A stretch of 64,000 nucleotides of DNA from Candidatus Nomurabacteria bacterium RIFCSPHIGHO2_12_FULL_42_19 (GTDB lineage Bacteria; Patescibacteriota; Minisyncoccia; Phycocordibacterales; UBA9973): the NCBI GenBank assembly GCA_001786955.1, contig MFUM01000005.1:24645-88644 (forward strand). The letters are read 5' to 3'. The position numbers and the translations under genes are program-made. A model generated the notes under the pieces. The model was not told where the DNA came from and did no database searches. It saw nothing but the letters and a program-made list of their open reading frames with translations. Shown here one piece after another: positions 29,003 through 37,841 of this stretch (position 1 is the stretch's first letter; each line of letters begins with the position of its first letter).

Positions 29003-31828
29003 ATGGAAAAAAAAGTTATAGAACAAATAAAACAAAAATTTACTGTTCTTCAAGATAAACCTCTAGAAAATGGTGAAATTGATAGTTTTGGTCATGGAGA
29101 AATTGCGAATAGTGTCATAGAGGTAATTAGAAATGCACCTCGTCCTTTCAATATTGGAATATATGGACAGTGGGGAGTAGGAAAAAGCACGATATGCAAA
29201 ATTATCGAGGGTAGGTTATCAAAAGAAGAGGGTTATAAGGTAGTTTATTTTGATACATGGAAATATGAAAGAGATTCATTCCGCAGACAATTTCTTATAA
29301 CCCTTGATCAAGATCTAGAATTAGGTTTCAATTACAAAGAAACACTAAATCAATCACTCTCAATCCCGTTTAATTTAAGCTGGACGGAAAGTATAAAACT
29401 TGCGCTAGGTGGTTTTTTATTTAGAACTTTCGGTATTTTGATAATAGCCTTGGTAATTATTTTTATTTTTCAACAGAGCATATTCCCTTTCTTTATTTCG
29501 ACAGATTACACTGGGCTAGCAAGACGAGTTATAGATTTAGGAATAATTGGGGTACTTCTTGCATTTATATTAGATACAATAAAGCAATTTCGAGGAGAGA
29601 AAACCATAGATAAAACAGACTCAGCAGAAGGGTTTGAGGAATATTTTGCTAAAGTTCTAAAAGAAATAAAGAAAAAAGATTTATTAGTAATAATAGATAA
29701 CTTAGATCGTCTTTCAAGTGAAAAAGCAGTTGGTCTACTTAGTGACATAAAAACTTTTCTTTCAGACGAAAAGTACTCTTTTCAAGGTAGTAAAATTGAG
29801 AATAGAGCTGTTTTTATAATACCTTGTGATAATAAAGCAATAAATGATCAACTTATAAACGAGTATGGAGAGGACTTTGACACTGAAGAATATTTAAGAA
29901 AGTTTTTTAATCACTCTATACAAATACCAAAATTTCTTAATATTGAACTAGATGATTTCATAGTAGGTAAACTAAACACCACTAAAATTATTGAGTTTAA
30001 AGATAACTATGACCTAGTTTTTATTTTGAGCTATGCATTTAGAAATAATCCGAGAGAAATAATACAATTCATCAATTCCTTAATTTCTCTTTACCTACTT
30101 GCAAAGGAACGAGAAATTAAGCGAGTGATTGAAGCAGATCATATTGCATTTCTAGCAAAAGTGCTAGTTCTTCGTGTAAAATGGCCCAGGTTATACGACA
30201 AAATAGAAGACAGAGTTTTGAGAACTGGAGATAAATTATTAGAGATTGTATCGAGAATTAAAGAAAATGAAGACAAGGTAGAAAAAATAAATCTAGATAA
30301 TTTTCTTCGTGTTACTTCTCACATAAACGATGATGAATACCAAGATATTTATTTCTCTCTAAGACAAAGTGAGGCACAAAAAACTATACCAGAGTGGAAT
30401 AGTTTTGTAATTTCTCTTTTAGAAAATCGTAAGGCTGATGCTGGAAAAATTTATACTGGAGTTAAATCCAATAATAAACTTTATCAATTAGGTCAGCTTT
30501 TGGCGGATTATTGTAGACGAAATATACAAAATGAAAATCTGCTCTTTAATATTTTTTCAACAGTCCATCAAATTATTCAAGTAGAAGATCTTAAATACTT
30601 TCAAGATGTATTTTTATTAACATTCAAAAATGTTAATAGTGGAAGATTTAGTTCATCAATAGATACCATTGATCTTTCTAATTTATTTAGTAAAGGACTA
30701 GATGGTGTATCTTCAGCAAACAAAAAAGAGTTTAGCCAAAATCTTGTATCAACAATTAGAAATATTGCTTCAACAGATACTGTCGAAAGAGAAAAAATAA
30801 AATATATAAAAAAACTTTTTGAAATTATTAATCAAGATGAGAATAAAGATAACTTTAAAACAAGAAATAATGAAATTGGAGACGAAAAAAGAAATTTAAT
30901 TGGACACTTAAAACATCAGGAATTATTTCCTGAAATCCAAAAAGAGGACAAATTCCGTAAAGATATACTTAATGATATTTTATATATATTAACAACACTG
31001 GGTCCTACAAACAACAAGCACTACAATGTAGGGTTAACTCTGTTCGGAAACTTATTGCAATGGCCTCCTATAGTCGAAAATAATGATGTACGTTTTAATG
31101 TTTTAGAAAAAAGTTTAGATTTTTTAAATAAATCACAGCCGCCATCATCTGATGATGGAACCGTAGGAACTATTCTAAACACATTCACTACAAGAATATC
31201 AACTTGGTATTCCACCAATAAATCACCTGCAGAAAGATCAATATGTGTTAAAATATTTCAAAAAATTAATCTAGATATAAATATAAACAAAGAACCGGCG
31301 TCCAAAACCCATCAATATATAACTGAAACCAGTAATACTTCTGACGTTATTTTAGAAACACTTGGCAAGGATTTTTTTACCAACAACGAAAATGCTAGAA
31401 AGGGTTTAATAGGTAGAAGCAGAACAACTCTTGATTTATTGAACAAACTTCCCTTAAAGAAAAAACTTACTAATGAGGAAAAAGTTGATATTCTTGCCCA
31501 TTTAATTGGAAACGCTAAAGAAGCCCTTTCTTTCTTAGAGTATGTTGATTACAGTATTCCGCTTGAACGTAATAGCGATACTAATTTTTTGAAAAATATT
31601 ATTCAACAAATGATAAACGCAAGTAGCTTCTCCGATACAAATCTATTGGCAAAATGGCTGGAAGCTATTAATAAATTAGGTATTCATGTAGATCAAGTTG
31701 ATTCACTTGTTCAAAAGATGAGACAGTCTCGTAATTTATCGGGACAGCATAAACAGGTCATCGCTGACTTTGTGTTAAGACAATCGAAGGACTTCGGCGA
31801 TCTTGTAGTTAAAGAATTTCAGAGTTAA
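29003..31828 (+). CDS. KAP-family P-loop NTPase with two TM helices and a long helical C-terminus
   Basis: GQWGVGKS Walker A, F..WKY, TM pair, IIDNLDRL Walker B, EYLRKFF, NPR. Confidence 0.88.
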   Translation: MEKKVIEQIKQKFTVLQDKPLENGEIDSFGHGEIANSVIEVIRNAPRPFNIGIYGQWGVGKSTICKIIEGRLSKEEGYKVVYFDTWKYERDSFRRQFLITLDQDLELGFNYKETLNQSLSIPFNLSWTESIKLALGGFLFRTFGILIIALVIIFIFQQSIFPFFISTDYTGLARRVIDLGIIGVLLAFILDTIKQFRGEKTIDKTDSAEGFEEYFAKVLKEIKKKDLLVIIDNLDRLSSEKAVGLLSDIKTFLSDEKYSFQGSKIENRAVFIIPCDNKAINDQLINEYGEDFDTEEYLRKFFNHSIQIPKFLNIELDDFIVGKLNTTKIIEFKDNYDLVFILSYAFRNNPREIIQFINSLISLYLLAKEREIKRVIEADHIAFLAKVLVLRVKWPRLYDKIEDRVLRTGDKLLEIVSRIKENEDKVEKINLDNFLRVTSHINDDEYQDIYFSLRQSEAQKTIPEWNSFVISLLENRKADAGKIYTGVKSNNKLYQLGQLLADYCRRNIQNENLLFNIFSTVHQIIQVEDLKYFQDVFLLTFKNVNSGRFSSSIDTIDLSNLFSKGLDGVSSANKKEFSQNLVSTIRNIASTDTVEREKIKYIKKLFEIINQDENKDNFKTRNNEIGDEKRNLIGHLKHQELFPEIQKEDKFRKDILNDILYILTTLGPTNNKHYNVGLTLFGNLLQWPPIVENNDVRFNVLEKSLDFLNKSQPPSSDDGTVGTILNTFTTRISTWYSTNKSPAERSICVKIFQKINLDININKEPASKTHQYITETSNTSDVILETLGKDFFTNNENARKGLIGRSRTTLDLLNKLPLKKKLTNEEKVDILAHLIGNAKEALSFLEYVDYSIPLERNSDTNFLKNIIQQMINASSFSDTNLLAKWLEAINKLGIHVDQVDSLVQKMRQSRNLSGQHKQVIADFVLRQSKDFGDLVVKEFQS

Positions 31829-31878
31829 AATTGTCAAAACTTTTATTGATTATTAAAAAGCTTAGTAATTAATTTCCC

Positions 31879-32478
31879 TTACTCTCTAAAAAATTCTCCT
31901 GATCTTGTGCTAGCAGGGGTCTCAAGAATAACCTCAGGTATCATGCCTGAAATATATCCACGCAATTTTACAATTGAATGACTACTATTATCACATCTTT
32001 GGTAAAGCATTTCTGCTAGACCAAATTCTCCTTTACCATCTTTGTGTAGAAATTGCATTGATGCCATTGCATCGTAATAGTATTGTGCTCCTGAGAGCCA
32101 AAGCTGTGATAGCCAATCAGGCATCTTCTCGTACTGGTATTTTGAAAGTCTCAAATCACTCGGATTTCTAGTTTTTGTTTTAGAAAGTTCTTCCAAGATG
32201 CCGTGATCTTTTTTTGTGAATGCTTCTTCGAGTTTTTTACTTCTTTTCTCTAAATCCTCTTGCCAGTGTTTTAATTCAACTTCTACCTCAATAATCCACT
32301 CAAATTTGGGGAGTAACGATATCTGACGATTCACCTTTTCTTGATCAATACTTTTCTTTGTCTCTAAGAGCGTATCTCTTGTAAGGCGTGCTTGGTAGAT
32401 AGTAAAACCAAGTGCAAGAAGTGTCGCAAGCGAGGTTATTATCGTGATTATATCTATAGTATTCAAATATGTTTCCAT
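31879..32478 (-). CDS. Hypothetical protein with N-terminal TM anchor
   Basis: 199-aa ORF with a hydrophobic N-terminus and coiled region. Confidence 0.7.
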   Translation of the reverse strand: METYLNTIDIITIITSLATLLALGFTIYQARLTRDTLLETKKSIDQEKVNRQISLLPKFEWIIEVEVELKHWQEDLEKRSKKLEEAFTKKDHGILEELSKTKTRNPSDLRLSKYQYEKMPDWLSQLWLSGAQYYYDAMASMQFLHKDGKGEFGLAEMLYQRCDNSSHSIVKLRGYISGMIPEVILETPASTRSGEFFRE

Positions 32479-32579
32479 ATTTCTATTTTACTACATATAC
32501 ACAACTTCTGATACAATACATTTATCTTAGCAAGTTATTTTTAACTAATTATCATAAATTTCTAAAAAATTCATCAACT

Positions 32580-32825
32580 ATGTATTACCTATATATCCTC
32601 AAATGTGCTGATAAAACTTTATATACTGGAATTACCACAGACCTGAAACGAAGAATTCTTGAACATAACAGCACCAAGTTGGGAGCAAAATATACTTCTT
32701 CTCGAAGACCTGTAAAAATGGTTCTCTGTAAAAAATTTAAAAACAGATCTTCTGCTTCTAAAGAAGAGGCTCGAATCAAAAAGCTGAAAAAACCTAAAAA
32801 ATTAGAGTTAATTAAAAAATCTTAA
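32580..32825 (+). CDS. Small GIY-YIG nuclease (UPF0213/YhbQ type)
   Basis: YYLYILKCAD.TLYTGIT.D..RR..EHN...GAKYT..RRP, E..IK. Confidence 0.9.
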   Translation: MYYLYILKCADKTLYTGITTDLKRRILEHNSTKLGAKYTSSRRPVKMVLCKKFKNRSSASKEEARIKKLKKPKKLELIKKS

Positions 32826-32868
32826 AAAACTAACATTTGTAATTTTTGGTGTGATATTCAGTAAAGAA

Positions 32869-33441
32869 TTACTTATCCTTACTCTCGTCATCCTCATCTT
32901 CAAAAAACTGAAGTCTTTTATCAGACTCCGAACCGCCTTCTTCTTTTTCATTCTCTCGTTCTAGTATTCTTTTAACTTGTCCTCTCGCTCCTTCGGGACC
33001 ATCTTCCAACTTGGCAACGGCTATTTCCGCCAATTGTTGCTCTGCCACATTTCTTTCTTCAACACTTGGTCTATCGGAGACAATTTCATATTCGTGAATA
33101 AATCGATTGACAGTAGTGTATTTGGGATGGTTGTGTTGTAGCCAGAATTTTATGGCTTTTAAGTCGTCATCCTGGATTAATCGTACAAGTCTGGACTCGG
33201 CTATATCGTTAATAAAGAATTGTCCCGCTTCAAGAGCCCGGCCAGCTGCTCGCGCGAACACATTATCGTTCGCGCGCCATTTGTAGTAGGTTGAACGACC
33301 GACACCTGTGCGTTCGCAGGCAAGCTGAACTATTCCAGCCCTTCGAAGCTCTTTCAGTAAAGCTTTTTTTTGTTTCTCAGTCTCAACTGCCAGTGTCGCC
33401 AATCTTTTTTCCTCTTTAGTGAATTTTTCATTATTCAACAT
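32869..33441 (-). CDS. HTH protein resembling a phage terminase small subunit
   Basis: G.V..AC...GVGRSTYYKW...D..F, AES.L...I, AIKFWL; lies downstream of a ParB-MTase. Confidence 0.6.
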   Translation of the reverse strand: MLNNEKFTKEEKRLATLAVETEKQKKALLKELRRAGIVQLACERTGVGRSTYYKWRANDNVFARAAGRALEAGQFFINDIAESRLVRLIQDDDLKAIKFWLQHNHPKYTTVNRFIHEYEIVSDRPSVEERNVAEQQLAEIAVAKLEDGPEGARGQVKRILERENEKEEGGSESDKRLQFFEDEDDESKDK

Positions 33442-33452
33442 AAAGAGTTTTA

Positions 33453-34778
33453 TTAGTTAATTTTAATGGCTTTTTTGCCGGTGTGTTTTTCCCAGCGTTG
33501 TTTGATGATCTCCGTATACACCGAAGATTTTTCCATAACTCTGCATTTTCGACCGAGCTTCAGACAAGCTATAAGAGTTGATCCGCTACCCCCGAATGGC
33601 TCCAGGACTAAGTCGTCACGTTTCGTAAGAACCTTTATGTATGGGATAAGTAATTCTAGGGGTTTGGTCCCGAATATGATATCTTGCCCGGAAGATTTCT
33701 TATCAGCGGCGATATGGGTGATAAAATCAGTGGGACAATACTTTTTACCTTTACCGTAGCTCTCCCATGTAGGACTTCCGGTTGTGGCAAAAAGAGCATT
33801 ATCATATTCATTTTGGAACAACGGTTCTGTTTCAGGATCTAGGTTGAGTTCAATCTCACCGCCAGTACCGACAAGAACAATATCATGCTTGTTGAAGAAT
33901 TTATACTTTGCGGAAAAACCCTGCATTCTGTTAGGCACGTGCCAGATGATAGTGTTACGATATTTCCAATATTTCTCAAGGGCATTCCAAATAGTTCTAA
34001 GGTTTTTTGGGTTCTCAAAAACAATAATTGAGAAGTCGGGCTTCTGAACTTTCGAGACATTTTCCATCCATAGATCGGTAAAGTTATCAGGTAAAGATTC
34101 CGTTTCAAGATAGCGACGATTCTTCTTTGCACCAAAGCCGGTAGTTACACCGTCTTTCTGTTTAGTTTTACCTCGGAGATAGTCTAAAATATATGGAGGA
34201 TCCGTAAAGCACATGTCGGCTTTTACTCCTTCCATTAACTTGAGCATATCTGTCTCGACACAGCTGTCTCCGCACATGACAAATGATCCCTCGATTTCGT
34301 AGATATCACCCTTTTGAACGGTGATTTTCTTGATATCCATTTTTTCAAGTTCTTTCTCGAGATTAAAATGTTCGGGAGTTGTATCAACATCAAAGATTGA
34401 GTCAAGTTCTTCCGTGGTGAAACCAACATCACAAAGAAATTCTTCCCCAAAATCTTTAAGTAAGGTGAAGTCAAATTCGCCTAGATTTTTATTAAGACGA
34501 ACATTCAACTCTTTTTCCATTTCAATGTCAGGAATGTTTACATAGACTACAGGAATCTCCTTATAGCCAAGTTCAGTTGCGACCTTGAGTCTAAAATGTC
34601 CTCCGATAAGGACATTCTCACGTCCCGGGGCATTATTGGCTAATAGGGGGTCAACACACCCAAAACGAGTAATACTTTCACGAAGTGCGTTAGTCTGCGC
34701 CTCATTCCATTTTCGTGGATTATAGGTTGACGGCTTTAGAGAACCGATGGAAACATACACAATTTTTAAATTATCCAT
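33453..34778 (-). CDS. ParB-like N-terminal domain fused to a DNA N6-adenine/N4-cytosine methyltransferase
   Basis: YNPR, GGHFRL (ParB); GDS, TDPPY, TKP, EPFGGSGSTL (beta-class MTase). Confidence 0.9.
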   Translation of the reverse strand: MDNLKIVYVSIGSLKPSTYNPRKWNEAQTNALRESITRFGCVDPLLANNAPGRENVLIGGHFRLKVATELGYKEIPVVYVNIPDIEMEKELNVRLNKNLGEFDFTLLKDFGEEFLCDVGFTTEELDSIFDVDTTPEHFNLEKELEKMDIKKITVQKGDIYEIEGSFVMCGDSCVETDMLKLMEGVKADMCFTDPPYILDYLRGKTKQKDGVTTGFGAKKNRRYLETESLPDNFTDLWMENVSKVQKPDFSIIVFENPKNLRTIWNALEKYWKYRNTIIWHVPNRMQGFSAKYKFFNKHDIVLVGTGGEIELNLDPETEPLFQNEYDNALFATTGSPTWESYGKGKKYCPTDFITHIAADKKSSGQDIIFGTKPLELLIPYIKVLTKRDDLVLEPFGGSGSTLIACLKLGRKCRVMEKSSVYTEIIKQRWEKHTGKKAIKIN

Positions 34779-34844
34779 AAACTAATTCTTAGATTAACTA
34801 ATAAATTAGTTCTTTCACTAGATTTTGATTTTTTATCTGCAACT

Positions 34845-34903
34845 AAAAAATCGCAATCAAGAACCAACAAACAAATTAATGTTTATTGAGCCTCGATTGC
34901 GAT
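34845..34903 (-). terminator. Long hairpin plus T-tract in the leader of the ParB-MTase gene (candidate attenuator)
   Basis: Plus strand AAAAAATCGCAATC...GATTGCGAT with inner AAACA/TGTTT pairing, about 70 nt upstream of the ATG. Confidence 0.6.
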
Positions 34904-35218
34904 CTGTGGTAAATTTTTTCCAGGCACGATGACCCTCGGAACTTACAACTTGGATTTCGCAACCCAATCGACATCCCTTTCGAAAATTTTCTTGCCATTC
35001 GGCTTTTCGTTGGGACTATCTACTCTCCCTGAGAGAGTAAGGTTTAAAACTTTTTTCATGAAAAGAACTGCCAAAATTGTATCAAGCCAAAAAATCTAAT
35101 GCAAATTTATTTTTTTCCTTTTTTATGTCAATACTGTCAGCAATGTAAACAGCGTCAAAAAATATCTCAAAATAGCCCCAACATATCTATCTATTTTAGA
35201 AGTACCTTGTGAAAAAAG

Positions 35219-35227
35219 TTATCCACA
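35219..35227 (+). promoter_or_regulatory. Consensus DnaA box
   Basis: TTATCCACA, preceded by the inverted near-box TGTGAAAAA; another perfect box at 24191-24199. Confidence 0.5.
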
Positions 35228-35320
35228 GATGTCTTTAATTTCGCTACACAAATCACATGATCTAAGCTAAGATGGCACGGTCTCTTTAAAAGAGGTATAA
35301 TTTTCTTTACAAATCAATAT

Positions 35321-35493
35321 GCGACCTAACCCCTTGGAATCTCTAAGGATATGGTCAAAAGTCGTATGAAGCATAAAGAACCCGTCATGGGGTCGCTTCA
35401 TACGCCGTATAGGGAAACCTATATGAGAGGCTTAGGTCTCTACCCGTGATGGGCTTTTTGCGTCTTATCTCGGTAGTTACCAAAACGCAAAAA
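35321..35493 (+). ncRNA. Candidate structured RNA / 5' leader
   Basis: Pairings GACCTAA/TTAGGTC, CCTTGGA/TCTAAGG, CGTATGAAGC/GCTTCATACG, TATAGG-GAAA-CCTATA, TTTTTGCGT/ACGCAAAAA; GGTATAAT upstream at 35294. Confidence 0.55.
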
Positions 35494-35498
35494 TCTTT

Positions 35499-36089
35499 AT
35501 GTATAAAAGAATTGAAGTAAAAAAACTTTCTGGAGGTGAAATATTTAAAAATGTTGGAGACAAAAAATTCTCCGTGCTTGAATTTTGGCGATATGGATTT
35601 TCCAACCTCAACTCAAATGTTCTGCGAGGTGCACTGGCAGAATTTATTTTAGAAAATGCATTAAAAATAGACAGCGAAATTGATGTTCGTAATCCATGGG
35701 GTGATTCAGATGTAATTTCTCCAAATAGAAAAAAGATTGAAGTAAAATGCTGTTCATATATTCAAGACTGGGATCAAAACAATTTATCAAAGATTCTTTG
35801 GAGTGGACTTAAAGCTAAAAGCCTCTATTGGTCATCAGCAGTTAGTGCTTTTCCAAGGAGTCCGGAAGATTATAAATCAGATATTTACGTACTCGCACTT
35901 TTCAAACACCAAGATCCTGCAACATTGGACATCCTTGATATGGATCAATGGTGTTTTTGGGTACTGACGAAAGACAAAATTAAAGAGATAACAAAAAATG
36001 GTAATAGTGTTTCACTTATCAAACTTCAAAAATTTAAGATTGAATCAATATCTTTTGGTAGTTTGAATAAAGCGATACTAGATTTATAA
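35499..36089 (+). CDS. Putative PD-(D/E)XK nuclease-like protein
   Basis: RGALAEFI..., D-V...KKIEVKC motif, SDIYVLAL. Confidence 0.6.
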   Translation: MYKRIEVKKLSGGEIFKNVGDKKFSVLEFWRYGFSNLNSNVLRGALAEFILENALKIDSEIDVRNPWGDSDVISPNRKKIEVKCCSYIQDWDQNNLSKILWSGLKAKSLYWSSAVSAFPRSPEDYKSDIYVLALFKHQDPATLDILDMDQWCFWVLTKDKIKEITKNGNSVSLIKLQKFKIESISFGSLNKAILDL

Positions 36090-36100
36090 TAAATGTTATC

Positions 36101-36343
36101 ATGAATAGTATGAATTTTGGAATTAAACAACCCATAAAAGTGAAGAGAATTCTTGATAAGGAACCAGGCAAGGATGGTTTCTCTGTTGAGTTAGAGAATG
36201 GTGAAATAGTGAATATATCACTTACTCAGTGGAATAGTGAAGATTATAAAACAAAAAATATTGAAGAAACACTATTTTCAACAACCAAAGGATATATTAT
36301 CTCTTTTTCTAAACAACAGACAGCCGTCATTAGTTGTTTTTAA
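36101..36343 (+). CDS. Hypothetical protein
   Basis: 80-aa ORF packed tightly between two nuclease genes. Confidence 0.55.
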   Translation: MNSMNFGIKQPIKVKRILDKEPGKDGFSVELENGEIVNISLTQWNSEDYKTKNIEETLFSTTKGYIISFSKQQTAVISCF

Positions 36344-36346
36344 TTT

Positions 36347-37060
36347 ATGCATAAACTTTCACAATCAACAATTGAAAAATTAGGATACTATGTTTACTTA
36401 CTTTCCGACCCTAGAACAGAGAAAATATTTTATGTCGGCAAGGGGCATGGTAATAGAATTAATCATCACTTGTTGGGTGCCTTGGAAGAAAACACAAAAG
36501 AAAGCGACAAAATTAAAACTATTAGAAAAATTCAATCTGCCGGATTGGAAGTTGGTCTAACAATCTTACGCCATGGTCTCACGGAGAAAGAAGCTTTTGA
36601 AATTGAGAGTTCTGTAATTGATTTAATAGGCATGAAAAATTTAACCAACTTGGTTCTTGGGCACTATTCTCTTGAGAGGGGAAAAATGATGCTAAAAAAT
36701 ATAGAGATTGAATATGAAGCTGAAGAAGCTGTCTTTACCGATAGAGCTATGCTTATCAGGATAAATAAACTTTATCGGTATGATATGTCCGATAAAGAAT
36801 TATATGAAGCAACGAGAAAGTATTGGATAATTAATTCATGGCGAGCAAGAATTTCACCCATCATCTGTGCCGTATACGCTGGAATTATTAGAGAGGTTTA
36901 TATGGTTCGTGCATGGATACCGCCATCTCCTAAAACTCCACGAAGGTGGTCGTTTGTTGGAGCAATTGCTCCTGAAGATATAAGAGAAAAATATATAGAT
37001 AAATCAGTAAAACATTTATTTAAAAAAGGGAGCCAAAACCCTATCAGATATGTTGGATGA
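36347..37060 (+). CDS. LEM-3-like GIY-YIG domain protein
   Basis: YYVYLL.DPR...IFYVGKG.GNR...H, EA..IE..ID, LTN...G; C-terminal YEATR.YW domain. Confidence 0.8.
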   Translation: MHKLSQSTIEKLGYYVYLLSDPRTEKIFYVGKGHGNRINHHLLGALEENTKESDKIKTIRKIQSAGLEVGLTILRHGLTEKEAFEIESSVIDLIGMKNLTNLVLGHYSLERGKMMLKNIEIEYEAEEAVFTDRAMLIRINKLYRYDMSDKELYEATRKYWIINSWRARISPIICAVYAGIIREVYMVRAWIPPSPKTPRRWSFVGAIAPEDIREKYIDKSVKHLFKKGSQNPIRYVG

Positions 37061-37111
37061 TTAAAAAATCAGAAAGTATTTTTATAGTATATGTGTTGTT
37101 TCTTAAGTAAA

Positions 37112-37693
37112 TTAAATAACTTCAGTTAATAACTCGGGAAATTCTTCAGTTTTCATGTCTCTTAATATGTAATGCCCTTTTCCTTTAAGTTCTATAACTT
37201 TAGCTTTAAGACTTCTTAAATAAATTTCCAAACTCTTTTTCCCGTCTTCTCTTTCGTCATCCGATGTAAACATAACAATTTCTCCGACTCTGTCGTTAAT
37301 AGTTTCGTCTATTGGATAAACATAAAATTTCTCCCTAAAAGGATCATTAGCTTTTGGTATCTTCCAGGGTGCGACAAGTATCAATTTCTTGATTCTTTGT
37401 TTTGATTCTCCCAGCCACCGAACCAGAAAAGCACATCCGCAACTATGCCCGATTAAAATGGTGTTTTCCGAAACAGGGTATTTCTCGAATTCTTTTTTAA
37501 AAGTTTCGTAATCTGGTTCCCATGGACTCGGCATCATTGGAGTTTCAGTGTGTATACCCCTTAAGGTTAATTCTTTTTTTACATAAGGTATCCAATGTTT
37601 GAAATAAGATCCAGGGTCGTTTATATCGATTAGTTCCTTGGGGCTTGAAGGACATCCATGAACTATTATGCAATTCAGTTGGCTTTTTTCCAT
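37112..37693 (-). CDS. RBBP9/YdeN-family alpha/beta hydrolase
   Basis: IVHG, HW.P, GHSCG nucleophile elbow, SDD, GH. Confidence 0.88.
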   Translation of the reverse strand: MEKSQLNCIIVHGCPSSPKELIDINDPGSYFKHWIPYVKKELTLRGIHTETPMMPSPWEPDYETFKKEFEKYPVSENTILIGHSCGCAFLVRWLGESKQRIKKLILVAPWKIPKANDPFREKFYVYPIDETINDRVGEIVMFTSDDEREDGKKSLEIYLRSLKAKVIELKGKGHYILRDMKTEEFPELLTEVI

Positions 37694-37841
37694 GGTTCTA
37701 TTATATCAAAAACTACCTTTCATGGTGTCCATTGTGTCTATTCAGTCCCGACCGAGAGGGCTGAACATGATATACTGAAATTACCTTAAGGGTCCTTTGG
37801 TGGTCTACCATACCAAAGTTCACAACCATGAGGGGGCACCA

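Larger units (their letters stand above)
21782..37759. mobile_element. Putative integrative defense island adjacent to tRNA-Val/Arg
   Basis: CCGACCGAGAGG at 21782-21793 and 37748-37759; contains a serine recombinase, R-M enzyme, KAP NTPase and nucleases; looks more AT-rich; housekeeping genes resume right after. Confidence 0.7.

Noticed and set aside
35161-35300. Chromosomal replication origin
   Set aside because: Only one perfect and one imperfect DnaA box, inside an accessory island, with no dnaA or dnaN nearby
35478-35486. TACCAAAAC, reverse complement of part of the tRNA-array 16-mer
   Set aside because: Only a 9-nt match, plausible by chance in AT-rich sequence
21782-37759. Intact prophage
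   Set aside because: No recognisable capsid, portal, large terminase, tail or lysis genes
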